Shown in pieces: positions 57,301 to 64,000 of a stretch of DNA of 64,000 nt (positions are counted from its first letter, which is position 1; every line of letters starts with the position of its first letter). Below the pieces are notes generated by a model. It searched no databases, had not been told where the DNA came from, and saw only the letters and a program-made list of their open reading frames with translations. The stretch covers positions 62,001 through 126,000 of the forward strand of contig OZ025756.1 of the NCBI GenBank assembly GCA_964019335.1, given 5' to 3'. This DNA is from Diplonema japonicum (taxonomy: Eukaryota > Protista > Euglenozoa: Diplonemea). The translations under genes were made by a program, and so were the position numbers.

Positions 57301-59192
57301 ATGTTGTGGGCCCAGATTGCTTTTCCAGCCTCTGGAGGGTGCCCTTCTGAGATGGGGGGTGCTTTCTTGTGATCGTTGAATAGCGTTTTCAACATGGCAA
57401 GCTCGTTAAGAAAGAGACCGAAGACACCGTCGGTTTTCCTCTCAACAGCACGCTTCACAGTGTCGCGCTCGGCGAGGAACGAGAACGCCTCTAGCAACTC
57501 AACGCCTGCCTCGACAGTAGGTATCAAATCGAACGACCCGGAGATGATGTTCGTGAGCATGGTCTCGAGGTCCTTGATACCCTTCTTGAACCTTGCGTAA
57601 TCGTCGTGCCAGAAGGTTTGCTTGACGTCTAGCACCGCGTAGGAAAGGTTGCGAAGCTGCGAAATGTGTCGCTCGAAGTTTCGTTGGATGTCAATGAGGG
57701 ATTTTTGTATCTCAGGTCCACGGACCCCGGAGAAGCATGGCATGTCGGCTTCCTTTTTCATCCCGAACTGTTGCTGTCCCTCGCAGACCTCAAGTAAGTC
57801 GCGGCATCTCTGCGCGATGAACGCTTCGATCTCCGCGAAGATCTGGTTTGTAGAGTCGGACTCCCACACGACGGCGGGGTGCTCCGATTTGTATTTTTTC
57901 TCCGTCGCGTCGAGCATCTTTCTGCACACCAGTTTCCAAGCCTCGCCTGCGGCGGTCGCGTCACGCAGGGCCATTTTCGCAACCTCACGCATTTCCACAG
58001 AGCTTCCGTCGCCCCCTTGAAAAATGGCCTCGAGGGAGATCTCGGATCTGCATCTTGAGATGATTTCGTTGGACACCTTGCGGAGAATTCCGATGAGCCG
58101 CTCAGGTGTGTTGTAGCAAGGCGATGTCAGGAAGATCATCTGAACCGTGCGGAGGATCGGGTCCAGGAGCTCCGGGATCTCCTTGGCGCGGGCCTCGCGC
58201 AGCTTCTCGCACGGTTCCTGCAGGGTTCGGAGATACAAAAGGTTTTCCTTGGCCTCCTCCGTCCCGTCTCTAATAAGCCCCGCCAGTTTTTCAAAGGGTT
58301 CCAGGTACACGGATTTCGCCAAACCGAGGATCCTGACTATCTGCTTGACGTCGTCGCGTTCCAACTGCTGCAGAATGTTGTTCAAATCGGTAGCTCTGGC
58401 GGACCAAAATGCGATTTCAGCCAACGGACCCTCAGAGTCACCAGAGGAATCGACTTGGTCCTTCTCAGACAGAACGTCCTTAACCTGTCTCGTCCAATGG
58501 ATCAACGCAGCCTCGAAGCGTTGAACGAGCTCTTTGTTCAGCGCGGCGGCCTCATTGTCCTTGATGGTCTCCAATGGTACGTAGAGAACCGTCTTTCCCT
58601 TTATCCTGTTCGCGTTTTCGGTCAAGGAAGCGAGGAATTTGTGCATTTGTGTGGAGAATTCCTTTTGGATCGACTCGGGCCACGACTTATTGCGCAGGAG
58701 CGACGGGGCCAAGACGTTCTGAACCATTCGGAGGAATGCGTCCATCGCCGTGCCGCTTAAGATCCCGAAGTGGACCACGTGGTCTATGGTTTCCGGGAGG
58801 ATATCTTCTTCGGTGATTTTGAGGAAGTACATAGTTCGTTCTGAAGTTTCTACATGGCTTTCGTTGTCAGTGGAGGGTTTAGAGCGTCTGTCTGGCGCGT
58901 GGAGGTAAAGGAACAGCCTGTCTTCGATATCGGAAACAGCAAAGAAGTTTCTGACCCTTGCGTAGACGCCGCCTAGGAAGCCTGTTGCTGTTTGGTCGTG
59001 AGCGTCTGTCCATGCGCTCTTCGGGAGTTTCAACCCTTCCAGTACCCTCTCCTTCAGCCAGCCCAAGCATTCTGCGTGTGCCACGACCCTATCCCCGTAC
59101 AGATCCTCGTCGTCATCGTCCTCCTCTTCACCGTTCGGAAGTACCTCGCTGAGCGTCGGCCCGTTCTCATCCACGGCTGCTTCTTCTGACAT
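45399..59192 (-). CDS. DNAH2: Axonemal dynein heavy chain, inner-arm I1/f beta-like
   Basis: 4597 aa with P-loops GPAGTGKT, GETGSGKS, GNTGTGKS and GVGGSGRKS plus stalk coiled coil. C-terminus YPVRTGTRERPSFV...HWVKRGTALLL resembles DNAH2. The dynein call is certain; the orthology call is less so. Confidence 0.9.
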   Translation of the reverse strand: MSEEAAVDENGPTLSEVLPNGEEEDDDDEDLYGDRVVAHAECLGWLKERVLEGLKLPKSAWTDAHDQTATGFLGGVYARVRNFFAVSDIEDRLFLYLHAPDRRSKPSTDNESHVETSERTMYFLKITEEDILPETIDHVVHFGILSGTAMDAFLRMVQNVLAPSLLRNKSWPESIQKEFSTQMHKFLASLTENANRIKGKTVLYVPLETIKDNEAAALNKELVQRFEAALIHWTRQVKDVLSEKDQVDSSGDSEGPLAEIAFWSARATDLNNILQQLERDDVKQIVRILGLAKSVYLEPFEKLAGLIRDGTEEAKENLLYLRTLQEPCEKLREARAKEIPELLDPILRTVQMIFLTSPCYNTPERLIGILRKVSNEIISRCRSEISLEAIFQGGDGSSVEMREVAKMALRDATAAGEAWKLVCRKMLDATEKKYKSEHPAVVWESDSTNQIFAEIEAFIAQRCRDLLEVCEGQQQFGMKKEADMPCFSGVRGPEIQKSLIDIQRNFERHISQLRNLSYAVLDVKQTFWHDDYARFKKGIKDLETMLTNIISGSFDLIPTVEAGVELLEAFSFLAERDTVKRAVERKTDGVFGLFLNELAMLKTLFNDHKKAPPISEGHPPEAGKAIWAHNIKTRIDTHYKLLSTCHYVPSKLAQREEAFPAYRTLTSALEQYIQTTFNEWKEKVESLRDTLMQYLDISLITRVQDDENSVLVFECNFSPELLKLLEEIRYWTRQSPAGLGMTVPPTVQDVQLREERLRIFRENVCVSVRAYNHIVLSLTTEERRLFAERIAFLDSKYSPGMSKLLWSSKGIVEYFVRDCAKYAGQIQKVVDTFKTSVQSIKANCAIIASTLLVKIQRKHTYPMHEFEKAQKQHRETVRTKLQATHEQIVKTMNIVFEDFKKDYLTSAEVKREWGLFVDKVEKDIDDALRKTVRGSLQEIARAIIGDSKSGDPGQLFQVSVVLEGTRPELQPTILQLSQMINNVSKDLITVINVIPRLEQALNYQDIAEEEQQATHADSYYEVISHDNEILKVMVQIMTGMSTIQEDVTKYLFLRWEKYNQVHTLDKDAYTRRFAKGKREMWQFDQEIQKYKDQVSLIQNEETTTTIKFIKVECLPLKATLNKHCAEWMSKFYTLLNSMANQELTALYDHFAANKKRIQAQPSGLDMLGEQLATVQKLKSEETQTEARFKPLKEQYGLLEKYEVSFPDLEGSRLAGLDDAWESFKKCVQDSRKKLDKEKDKFKQDLEQEIKVFDKSSTALFDEFAGKGPYDGTVNATEAFKTLEEYRTKLSEKKDKESQLRQGMEIFKLERPPVQDLKNLNNELQTLQGVWKLTEEWHNQWNEWKVEQFQQLQLDDINDELQKYNRQIGGMRKQLEKKGVWTALKADVDKFRKTVPLLTHLRNNAMRPRHWEQLMDEVDEKFDPWGNDFTLNKVDKLNLNKFPEFIENLSNSATQEQAIERSIAKVKTAWDTTTFKIEPYRKEYYKIISTDEITQLLEDQLATMSNMKVSRYVAAFAAEVQFWEQNLSIISDTIEALLQVQTKWMYLENIFIGSEDIQKKLPTETSMFIAINAQWNTIMSRLNQDPNVCRGTTKREGLLDSLNEMLKKLEKIQKQLEDYLEDRRRVFPRFYFLSNDDLLEILGHSREPRKVLPHLKKCFEGVHNLEFGESTRKGSGIVAKKMMEPGGEAVDFISPVQVEGEPVEHWLGKVEDAMRATLKRALWQTYDSLKQIKQKADPSPWVHNHYGQLLITSASLSWTGEVDKSLRELQSGAPSSGKDNPVKKLLRKWKNNIKRYTTIVKSKLDRLTRNKLVSLITIEVHNRDILDNLYSKKIATPTDFAWTSQLRFYWVEDEKEGKLAQIRMASASVWYDYEYEGNNGRLVVTALTDRAYMTLTTALQLQRGGLPQGPAGTGKTETVKDLGKGIAKYVIVFNCSDGLDYQSMGRMFSGLAQTGAWSCFDEFNRIEVEVLSVVAQQILCILSAVKEKKSHFIFENFDIPLNLNVGIFVTMNPSGKGYAGRSELPDNLKALLRPISMMVPDFALICEITLLSCGFTDSRVLGHKVTLLYDLMDKQLSKQNHYDCSLRNIKAVLVQAGKLKREALNSVKSTVTEPQLCLKACSDMNLPKFVKEDVPLFLGMLQDLFPEVEPDEAGLDELSDESSAALLEKGLQVVPHILTKVLHLYDTMNTRHGVMTVGETGSGKSVVWQTLAAAHKRLKDLGREGWEPVKIQILNPKSVTMDELYGSYNLASREWKDGIVSSIMKQICSQDTPEKKWMLFDGPVDTKWIESMNTVLDDNKMLTLINGDRISLTPQITILFEVADLSQASPATVSRCGIVFFNYCDLTWKPYLSTWMKERRDIEVQCNTPKPDGTMKVLTELFDTHLQRGLDFRQRELKELFVTSEINTVRSLTHIFNAVASAEGGLDTKGGGDPATAAEIYQKDIAMLWVFSLLWSVGGSLRDESRPLFDVGFVRDLDTSFPSSGTAYEYFVDLKTHQWRSWEEKVTPFNPEPDTTYFRLIVPTVDTVRYSWLVSHLVRTKKHVILTGNTGTGKSVVANHLLNQLPTQQFALMMMNFSAQTSSQNVQDIVEGKMDKKSKKNYTAPNGKRLVCLIEDLNMPAKDKFGSQPPLELLRLWMDNNFWYDRGTQSRRTINDLQLLCNMTFGRPDISSRFMSRVICINITFPSDTTIHQIFSNILNFALGPYEEFVQMIDDIVKSTQQIYRIVTTDPQTRPIPSKSHYMFNLRDLSKVFQGINQAHHSSLTGRDGMIILWLHECQRVFQDRMNNKEDRQWFKAQLELKLESVYAAKWKSLMKDGRNPVFVDFIEGEFDENAMYKEVPDFAFLKMKLEERLQEHNEEPGSRSMKLVFFTDAIEHICHINRIIRQPRGNALLVGVGGSGRKSTTRMASYLAGYTTFSIDITKNYRSNEFHEDLKKLYQSCGIRKQNRVFVFSDTQIAEPSFVEDINNMLSSGEVPNLFANDEKQMIRDEVRKDATDAGYTEAGDGFFQFFVERARANLHLVICLSPVGESFRIRLRMFPALISCTTIDWFLEWPDEALKEVAKRFIQDVELGTPERTDSVADMFVLMHSSVHKASHAMAADLKRYNYVTPTNYLELVSGYTKLLTQKRQFLGAQREKLVNGILKLDDTEQKVSQMSDALQVFRRDLDQKSTDCEAMMRVITQEKKQADERRAQVEHDKTKIGREKDQTNQIAMEAQADLDKALPDLLMAEEALKTLDKSDINEMKAYNKPPEAVQTCMSAVQTVLRRGTSWEEAKKTMADPQFLRQLLEYDKEQLTDRLLGAIAKFTNNPSFKPDLVGKVSKAAKGLCMWVVAMHRFGLINKDVLPKKLRLQKAQSELQKKEEMLSSAVEQLNEMNEKVAGLEAQMNERLDEKNRLQQEAEQTEAKLKRAEQLVSGLGSERERWTNSTKTYELGIENLIGDSMLASGILSYIGPFTGEFREELQFDWKKGAAQKKDTSSIPMSKSFSFIDFYAEPTEIREWELQGLPGDDFSIVNGVLVMRGERWPLMIDPQGQANKWIKNMEKDKGLKVIDLKQADFLRTIEHAVQFGSPVLLQDVSESLDPSLDSILSRAIVKQGTRFVIKIGDNTVDYNDKFRLYITTKNASPHYSPEICTKVTLVNCAVKDKGLEEQLLKIVVAREQKDLEEQNDELVVSTAEYKRKEKELEDKILKLLSEADDSLLDDVNLIDTLQSSKQTALEIAQKLKEGEVTAERIKEAREQYRECAQRASILYFVLCDLCFIDNMYQFALDAYVMLFERSIKGSAEVHGIHGRSEPVANRVKLLNDWHTRCVYDNTCRALFERHKLLFSFHMTASILLRRGNADKDFPAEEYAFFIKGGTVLDKESRQPNPAEDWLEEKAWDNVVELDKLVAFHGIVASFEQAPSDWKRWYMHPLPDDPRQPEDGSGEWPGAVGEWLGSGNTKTMLQKMIIVRCVRPDRVVQMVRNFIEENLDKKFIEPPPFNLTSVYRDSASTLPLVFVLSPGVDPMDQLRGLAEKQGRLLKALALGQGQASTATRMIHEQAKQGGWVFLQNCHLMLKWLPTLEKIIDDLPSQKPNENFRLWLSSIPHPLFPIGILQKAIKMTTEPPTGLRSNLTRLFNLITEEQFTKAVFRNYYRPLLFSLCFFHAILLERKKFGSLGYNVDPAYDFNDSDFQVSEAILSLYINEMEEPLATSIPLQTIRFLICDASYGGRVTDDWDRRTLQTYICHYMNIDAVLQPQYKLSTDQQYYIPSVDGTLGSFKEFVNGLPGEDSPAAFGQHTNADIMSQIIRSNDLIECLLTLNATLLVKLSGGSSGGDSSVSVERVVLGLVDQLEASVPEIIDLQAIEEAKEEEDVDALTTCLFQEIQRYNILLNEITHSLNEVKKGVSGLIIMNEHLDLVFQALLFNKVPEPWEKHYPTLKPLSSWFDDLKLRIDQMMQWGRGTPKVFWLSGFTYPTGFLKALQQAHSRRTGISIDQLSWEFTVLDTETTTITQSAKEGTYIRGIYLEGAGWSNGQLSEPEPMALTKQMPFIHFRPVIAKKTVVKGRYNCPVYMYPVRTGTRERPSFVVTVTLPSGASEPEHWVKRGTALLLSTDA

Positions 59193-59647
59193 TTTTTTTT
59201 TTTGTCACAAAAAAAAAATGAAAGGACCTCCTCCTCTCTCCCCCCTCTTTTCGGGTGTAATTTTTGTTGGGGGGGGGGGGGGGGGGAGGGGACGGATTGA
59301 AAGAAAAAAAAAAAAAAGGGAAAAAGAAAGTGTTCGGAAGAATTCCTTGACGCCCGGCACCAAAAAAAAACAAAACAAACAAAAAGTCTCATAAATCGAG
59401 TTTTCTTTCTTTTTTTTTTTTTATAAAAGAAACCCAAGCGGGAGGAAAGGGAGAGTGAGAGGTGTAATACTTCAGTAATATATACTGGAGGGGGGACTCA
59501 GAAAAAAAAAAAAGAAAAAGAAAGAAAGGTGGAGGGGAGGTGGAGTGGGAGGGACAATTTAGAAATATTCCCTAACCAACCACCTCCCCTTGGCACCCAG
59601 CTTTTTTTTTCCTTTTTTTTGTCTCCCAACAATAAATTCGTTCGATT

Positions 59648-62600
59648 TTAATAACAGCCACATTTTTCTGACAGGCGGTTCCACCGGCAGGAGCCAGCAG
59701 GGTTTTCAGGACACGTGGATAATGCTCTGCACTCATTCAAAGTAGATGCTTCGCCGCAACAAGAGATGGAAGAAGGGGCTGGGGTGCAATCACACCGGGT
59801 TGTCACAGGATCCCATCTACACGGTGCAGGACAGGACGGGGAGGGGTGGCAGTATCCATTTCCATGAGGGGACCAGAAACAAGAAGGCGAGGAATTGCAC
59901 TGTACTTGCCTAGGTAGCAGCGCACATGCATTGCAAGCACATGAATCGCTTGAGACATCCCAATAACAAGAATGCATCGGCGACTCCGGGCACATTCCCA
60001 CACAGTCCGCAGGAGAGCTGTACTGGGCACAGCTCCCTCGTGTAACAGAATTGCAACCGCATTTCAAAGTAGCGGAGTTCCATTTGCAGCGAGACGCAGA
60101 GTCCTCAGGGCATGGTCCTGTACACGATTGTTGGGAAATGAGCTCCTTACAGGTTCGTAGGGGCCCCGCGAGGCATTCACAACTGTCTTCTTACGGTCCC
60201 AGAAGCAAAGGGAATCATAGTTTTCCGGGCATGTTCCGTGGCATGACGCAACTGCTTTACGGTCGGCGCAGGTAGTCACCTGGTCTGCCGTTCGGATGCA
60301 TGAGAGAGCTTGCTCGTCCCACCTACACACGCCAACGCATTTGTCACGTGATTTGTAGTATCTGCAATCAGCTGGGTTCACAGCTACTAGGTACGGCAGC
60401 GTGTCATGGGTTTCTGAGCATGTGCACAGGTTGTTGGACGGGTCCCAGCGGCATTCAGAAAGCCCGGCGGGGCCGCATCGTCCTCCGCATGTTTCCTTTA
60501 CAGTGATGTCGCCACAAGATCTGACTTGGTTGTCAATACATTGACAGATTTCCTTCTCGGTTTCCCAGTGGCACATGGAGTGGATATTTTCCGGGCATCG
60601 TCCTGTGCAGAGTTCTTGTGAAGTAGTGTCTGTACAGCTGCCACTGGGTGTGTGGATGTCACATGTACACGTTGCTTGTGATTTGTCCCAAAGACACTTT
60701 CCTTGTCGGTGATCGGGGCATCCTCCTGTGCAGGTGCGCTCAGAGAAGTCTTCGCATCGAAGTGTGGACTTGCATGTGCAGGCGTCTTTGTTGGTGTCCC
60801 GTGTGCACTCTGAGTTGGTGAGCCCTTCGGGGCACTTCCCTTTGCAGAGACGAGTGGGTGCTGTGGTGTCTGGAGGATACGTATCAGGCACCCGTGTCTT
60901 CGGATTGAGTGTGCTAGGTACATCAGTAACTGGGACATCTGTATCCGGGTACGGAGTGACAGGGGTGAGTGTACGGGTATCTGGTGCTCTCGTGTCGGGA
61001 GTAAGAGTCTCCGGTGACGGGGTGGAAGGAGCACTAGTGTTGACCGGCGCCATTGTGTCAGGACTGGGCGAGTCAGGTGCCCTCGTCAAAGGTGCAGCGG
61101 TGCCTAGGGAAGGAGCTGAAGTATCAGGTGCTCGGGTGACAGGAGCTGCAGTTTTAGGGGTCATCGTATTGGGGGCAGAGGTTTCTGGGCTGAGCGTGTC
61201 GGGTGGACGTGTGCGGGGTGCTGCCGTTTTGGGTACGTACGTTGCGGGGTGCGAAGTACCGGGAATAGGGGCTGAACTGTCAGGGGTGGGTGTCTCTGGA
61301 GTTGACAGAGGTGTTTGAGTGTCAGGTGATCGAGTTGCTGGTGCTCGTGTATTTGGTGCCCCTGTACCAGGAGCTGGTGTCGAAGGCGCAGGAGTGTCGG
61401 GAGGGGGTGTGTCGGGGTGTGGAGTAATCCTGTAGGGAGCAGGGGTTTTCGGAGCCTGCGTAATAGGAACAGCTGTGTCAGGTGCAGGGGTAGCTGGTGC
61501 TGGTGTAATTGGCGGTTTGGTATCGGGGACTCCCGTTTTAGGGTGAGGCGTATCAGGAGCTGCCGTTAAAGGCGCTGGTGACAGGGTGCCAGGGGGGCGC
61601 TTTAGTGTGTGGAGCAGGAGTATCAGGGGGGGATTTAGTGTCGGGAGCTGAAGTGTCAGGAACAAGAGTGTCGGGGGATCTTGACGGTGCTTGTGTATCA
61701 GGAGCAGGAGTATCATCGGGAGCTGAAGTGTCAGGGGAAGGCGTTGGAGGTGCTTTTGTGTTCGGAGCACGGGTGTCAGGGGGAAGCGTCGAAGGTGCTT
61801 TCGTGTCAGGAGCAGGAGTATCAGGGGAAGGTGTTTAGTTTCAGGCCGGAGTGTCGGGGGCTGGAGTAGGGGTTGTTGAAGGTGCTTTTGTGTGTGGGGT
61901 GTCAGGAGCTGGAGTGTCGGGGGAAGGCGTCGAAGGTGCTCTCGTGTCGGGAGCAGGAGTATCAGGAGCAGGAGTATCGACAGGAGCTGACGTGTCAGGG
62001 GGTGGCGTTGGAGGTGCTTTCGTGTTTGGAGGATGGGTGTCGGGGGAAAGTGTTGAAGGTACTCTCGTGTCGGGAGGCGTTGAAGGTGCCTTCGTGTCAG
62101 GAACATGAGTATCTGGAGCTGAAGTGTCAGGAGCAGGAGTGTCAGGGGAAGGTGTTGAAGGTGCTTTAGTTTCAGGAGCCGGAGTGTCCGTGTCGGGAGC
62201 TGGAGTGGGGGTTGTTGAAGGTGCTTTTGTGTATATGGAGCAGGGGTGTCAGGAGCAAGAGTGTCGGGGGAAGGTGTTGAAGGTGCTCTCGTGTCGGGAG
62301 CAGGAGTGTCGGGTGTCTTCGTATCAGGAGCGTGAGTAATGGGAGCTGAAGTGTCGGGAAGCGTTGAAGGTGCTTTCGTGTTTGGAACTGAAGTGTCAGA
62401 GCAGGGGTGTCGGGGGAAGGTGTCGATGGTGCCTTCGTGTCAGGTGCTTTTGTGTCTGGAGGAGGCGTTAAGGGTGCTTTCGTCTCTGGAGCCGAAGTGT
62501 CAGGCGCTTTTGTGTCGGGCTGAAGTGTCTGGGGGGCTGGTTGAAGGTACTTTCGTTTCGGGAGCAGGAGTGTCAGGAGCAAGCTGAGTCCAGGGGGCAC

Positions 62601-63067
62601 GGGTGCTTCCCGCAGGTGTCGGGGTTCCAGTAGTCGGAGCAGCTTTTTGCTTCTGTACAGCCGCACACATTGGACGCTGCGTCCCACTGGCAGCGAAGGT
62701 TGCTGTTCTCAGGGCAGGCCCGGTCCGTGCAGACATCCTGCGCGATGTGCTCTTTGCAGTCAGAGACGGGATTCACCCTGCACCCGCATGAGGAGGTGAC
62801 GTCGTTCCACACGCAGCGGGACTTCGCGTCCTCCGGGCATGCGGAGGAGGTGCAGGATGACGGGGACTTGTGGACAGAACAGGCGGCAAGGGGCATGGGG
62901 CAGTGGCAGGTACTTGTGATGTTCTGCCACACACACTCAAGGTTCTCGTCCTCCGGGCAGCGACCTGTACATTCATCTTTCGTGTGATCGGCACAACCTT
63001 GCGCTGATGCGCAACAGAGGAGAGAAAGCAGGAAGGGAAGAAGAAAAAGACATGAAAAGGACTCCAT
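59648..63067 (-). CDS. Secreted Cys-rich/mucin-like protein, frameshifted in this sequence (assembly error or pseudogene)
   Basis: Signal peptide MESFSCLFLLPFLLSLLCCASA; 6-Cys modules (C..G.CPE.....C.W......C.C) at both ends; central PT-rich APDTPAP/TKAPSTP repeats. Frame changes near 62585, within 61580-62520 and near 60190. Confidence 0.7.
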
Positions 63068-63280
63068 ATGCACAAAGAAAGGGAACAAGATAAGGGAGAT
63101 CTCGCTTGGCCTAGTGGATGGGGGTGTGCGGAGAAAAAAAAAAAAGAAAAAAAAACCAAGTAGATAAGATATTGAAAATGTGCTTTTTTCCCAACGCTCA
63201 CAGCCACTCCCTCCCCCCTCCCCGCCTGTGTGGGTGTAATAATGTGCCATGCTGTTATGACGACGGGAAAAAAAAAAAAA

Positions 63281-63372
63281 CTCAAAGTACAGGACAAGCC
63301 CCCCCCGCTAGAGGGCAGCCTATGGGAGGGGTGTTAATACTCCTTCAGGAGCATTAGCTTTCATCCCGATCG
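63281..63372 (-). mobile_element. Short 3' terminus of family-1 retroelement
   Basis: ctcaaagtacaggacaagccccccc...gctagaggg matches 31689-31800. Confidence 0.75.
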
Positions 63373-63473
63373 AAAAAAAAAAAAGAAAAAAAAAGGAGAG
63401 GGTTCAGTTACAAAGGGAAAGGCTAGAAAAGACGCATTTGTATATTCCCCCTCTCTCCAAACGAGCTTTTGTT

Positions 63474-64000
63474 TCACGCTTCAAAGATAACGTCAGATCT
63501 TAGGATGTACCTGGGTTCTTTGGAGGGGTTGGGAATGCTGTGGTGGACTACCTCATGCGGGAAGAGAATTGCCCGTCCTGTTTCATTGGGCACAGTGCTG
63601 TTGGCCCTATCGAAGTGAGTACCCCCGTCTCCCTTGAGGTAGATGACCAATGACAGGAAAGACTTTTGACCCCATTTTTCTGGTTCGTCAGGGTTTGTGC
63701 GCTTTGTAACCGAGTGCGCGCCATCTTGGTGGGAGAAGAGACCTTCGCTGTTTTTCATTTTGAGGATTCTTACATATTGATTCACGCTTACAGCTTTTTT
63801 ACCGTTTCTTTCTAAGATTCCCGCTCGCTTCACGAGTTTTTCCCACAGGTCTTCCGCTGCCTCTTTTGCAAGATCGCTTCCCGGTTTTAAGACACATCTC
63901 GTGCATTCCTTTATCTCTTGAATGTGCTGTGGTCCCAATTCTTCAAAGCCCACCGCCTCGGCCATGGTGATGTACTTTTCGCATTCTTCAGGGCTGAGCA
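63474..64000 (-). CDS. 2OG-Fe(II) dioxygenase, prolyl-hydroxylase-like (5' end beyond the window)
   Basis: Frame stays open past the ORF-track Met (LSPEECEKYITMAEAVGF). HQD, IYL..DGGT.F, FPHEVVH and RYILRSDV motifs. Confidence 0.85.
   Translation of the reverse strand, partial: LSPEECEKYITMAEAVGFEELGPQHIQEIKECTRCVLKPGSDLAKEAAEDLWEKLVKRAGILERNGKKAVSVNQYVRILKMKNSEGLFSHQDGAHSVTKRTNPDEPEKWGQKSFLSLVIYLKGDGGTHFDRANSTVPNETGRAILFPHEVVHHSIPNPSKEPRYILRSDVIFEA

Noticed and set aside
45444-59189. Numerous plus-strand ORFs within the dynein gene
   Set aside because: Antisense shadows of a long GC-rich CDS.

Overview
This is eukaryotic nuclear DNA, most likely from a diplonemid-like euglenozoan flagellate (inference from the gene organisation and gene families). 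All recognisable host genes lie on the minus strand in one directional cluster and are mostly intronless; the one gene with clear introns is ubiquilin, which has two GT-AG introns. Host genes include five paralogues plus one relic of a multi-TM class III nucleotide cyclase family, a coiled-coil/PDZ protein and a follistatin-N-like repeat membrane protein. There is also an NLR-like STAND(NB-ARC)-TPR protein with RRM-like and ubiquitin-like N-terminal modules, an FAD oxidoreductase, an Erv1/Alr-like CxxC protein, a PHO80-type cyclin, a DNAH2-like axonemal dynein heavy chain, a frameshifted Cys-rich mucin-like gene and a partial 2OG-Fe(II) oxygenase. Intergenic DNA is saturated with homopolymer runs and transposon debris: a Helitron relic with an internal inversion, piggyBac and pogo elements with intact ends, MITEs, co-oriented non-LTR retrotransposon 3' ends and a dispersed SIDER-like repeat. 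The best candidates for an undescribed system are the RRM/Ubl-STAND-TPR receptor-like protein, the interleaved catalytic and pseudo-cyclase array, and T-tailed retroelements sitting just upstream of genes. All calls come from motif recognition by eye; no database searches were run.
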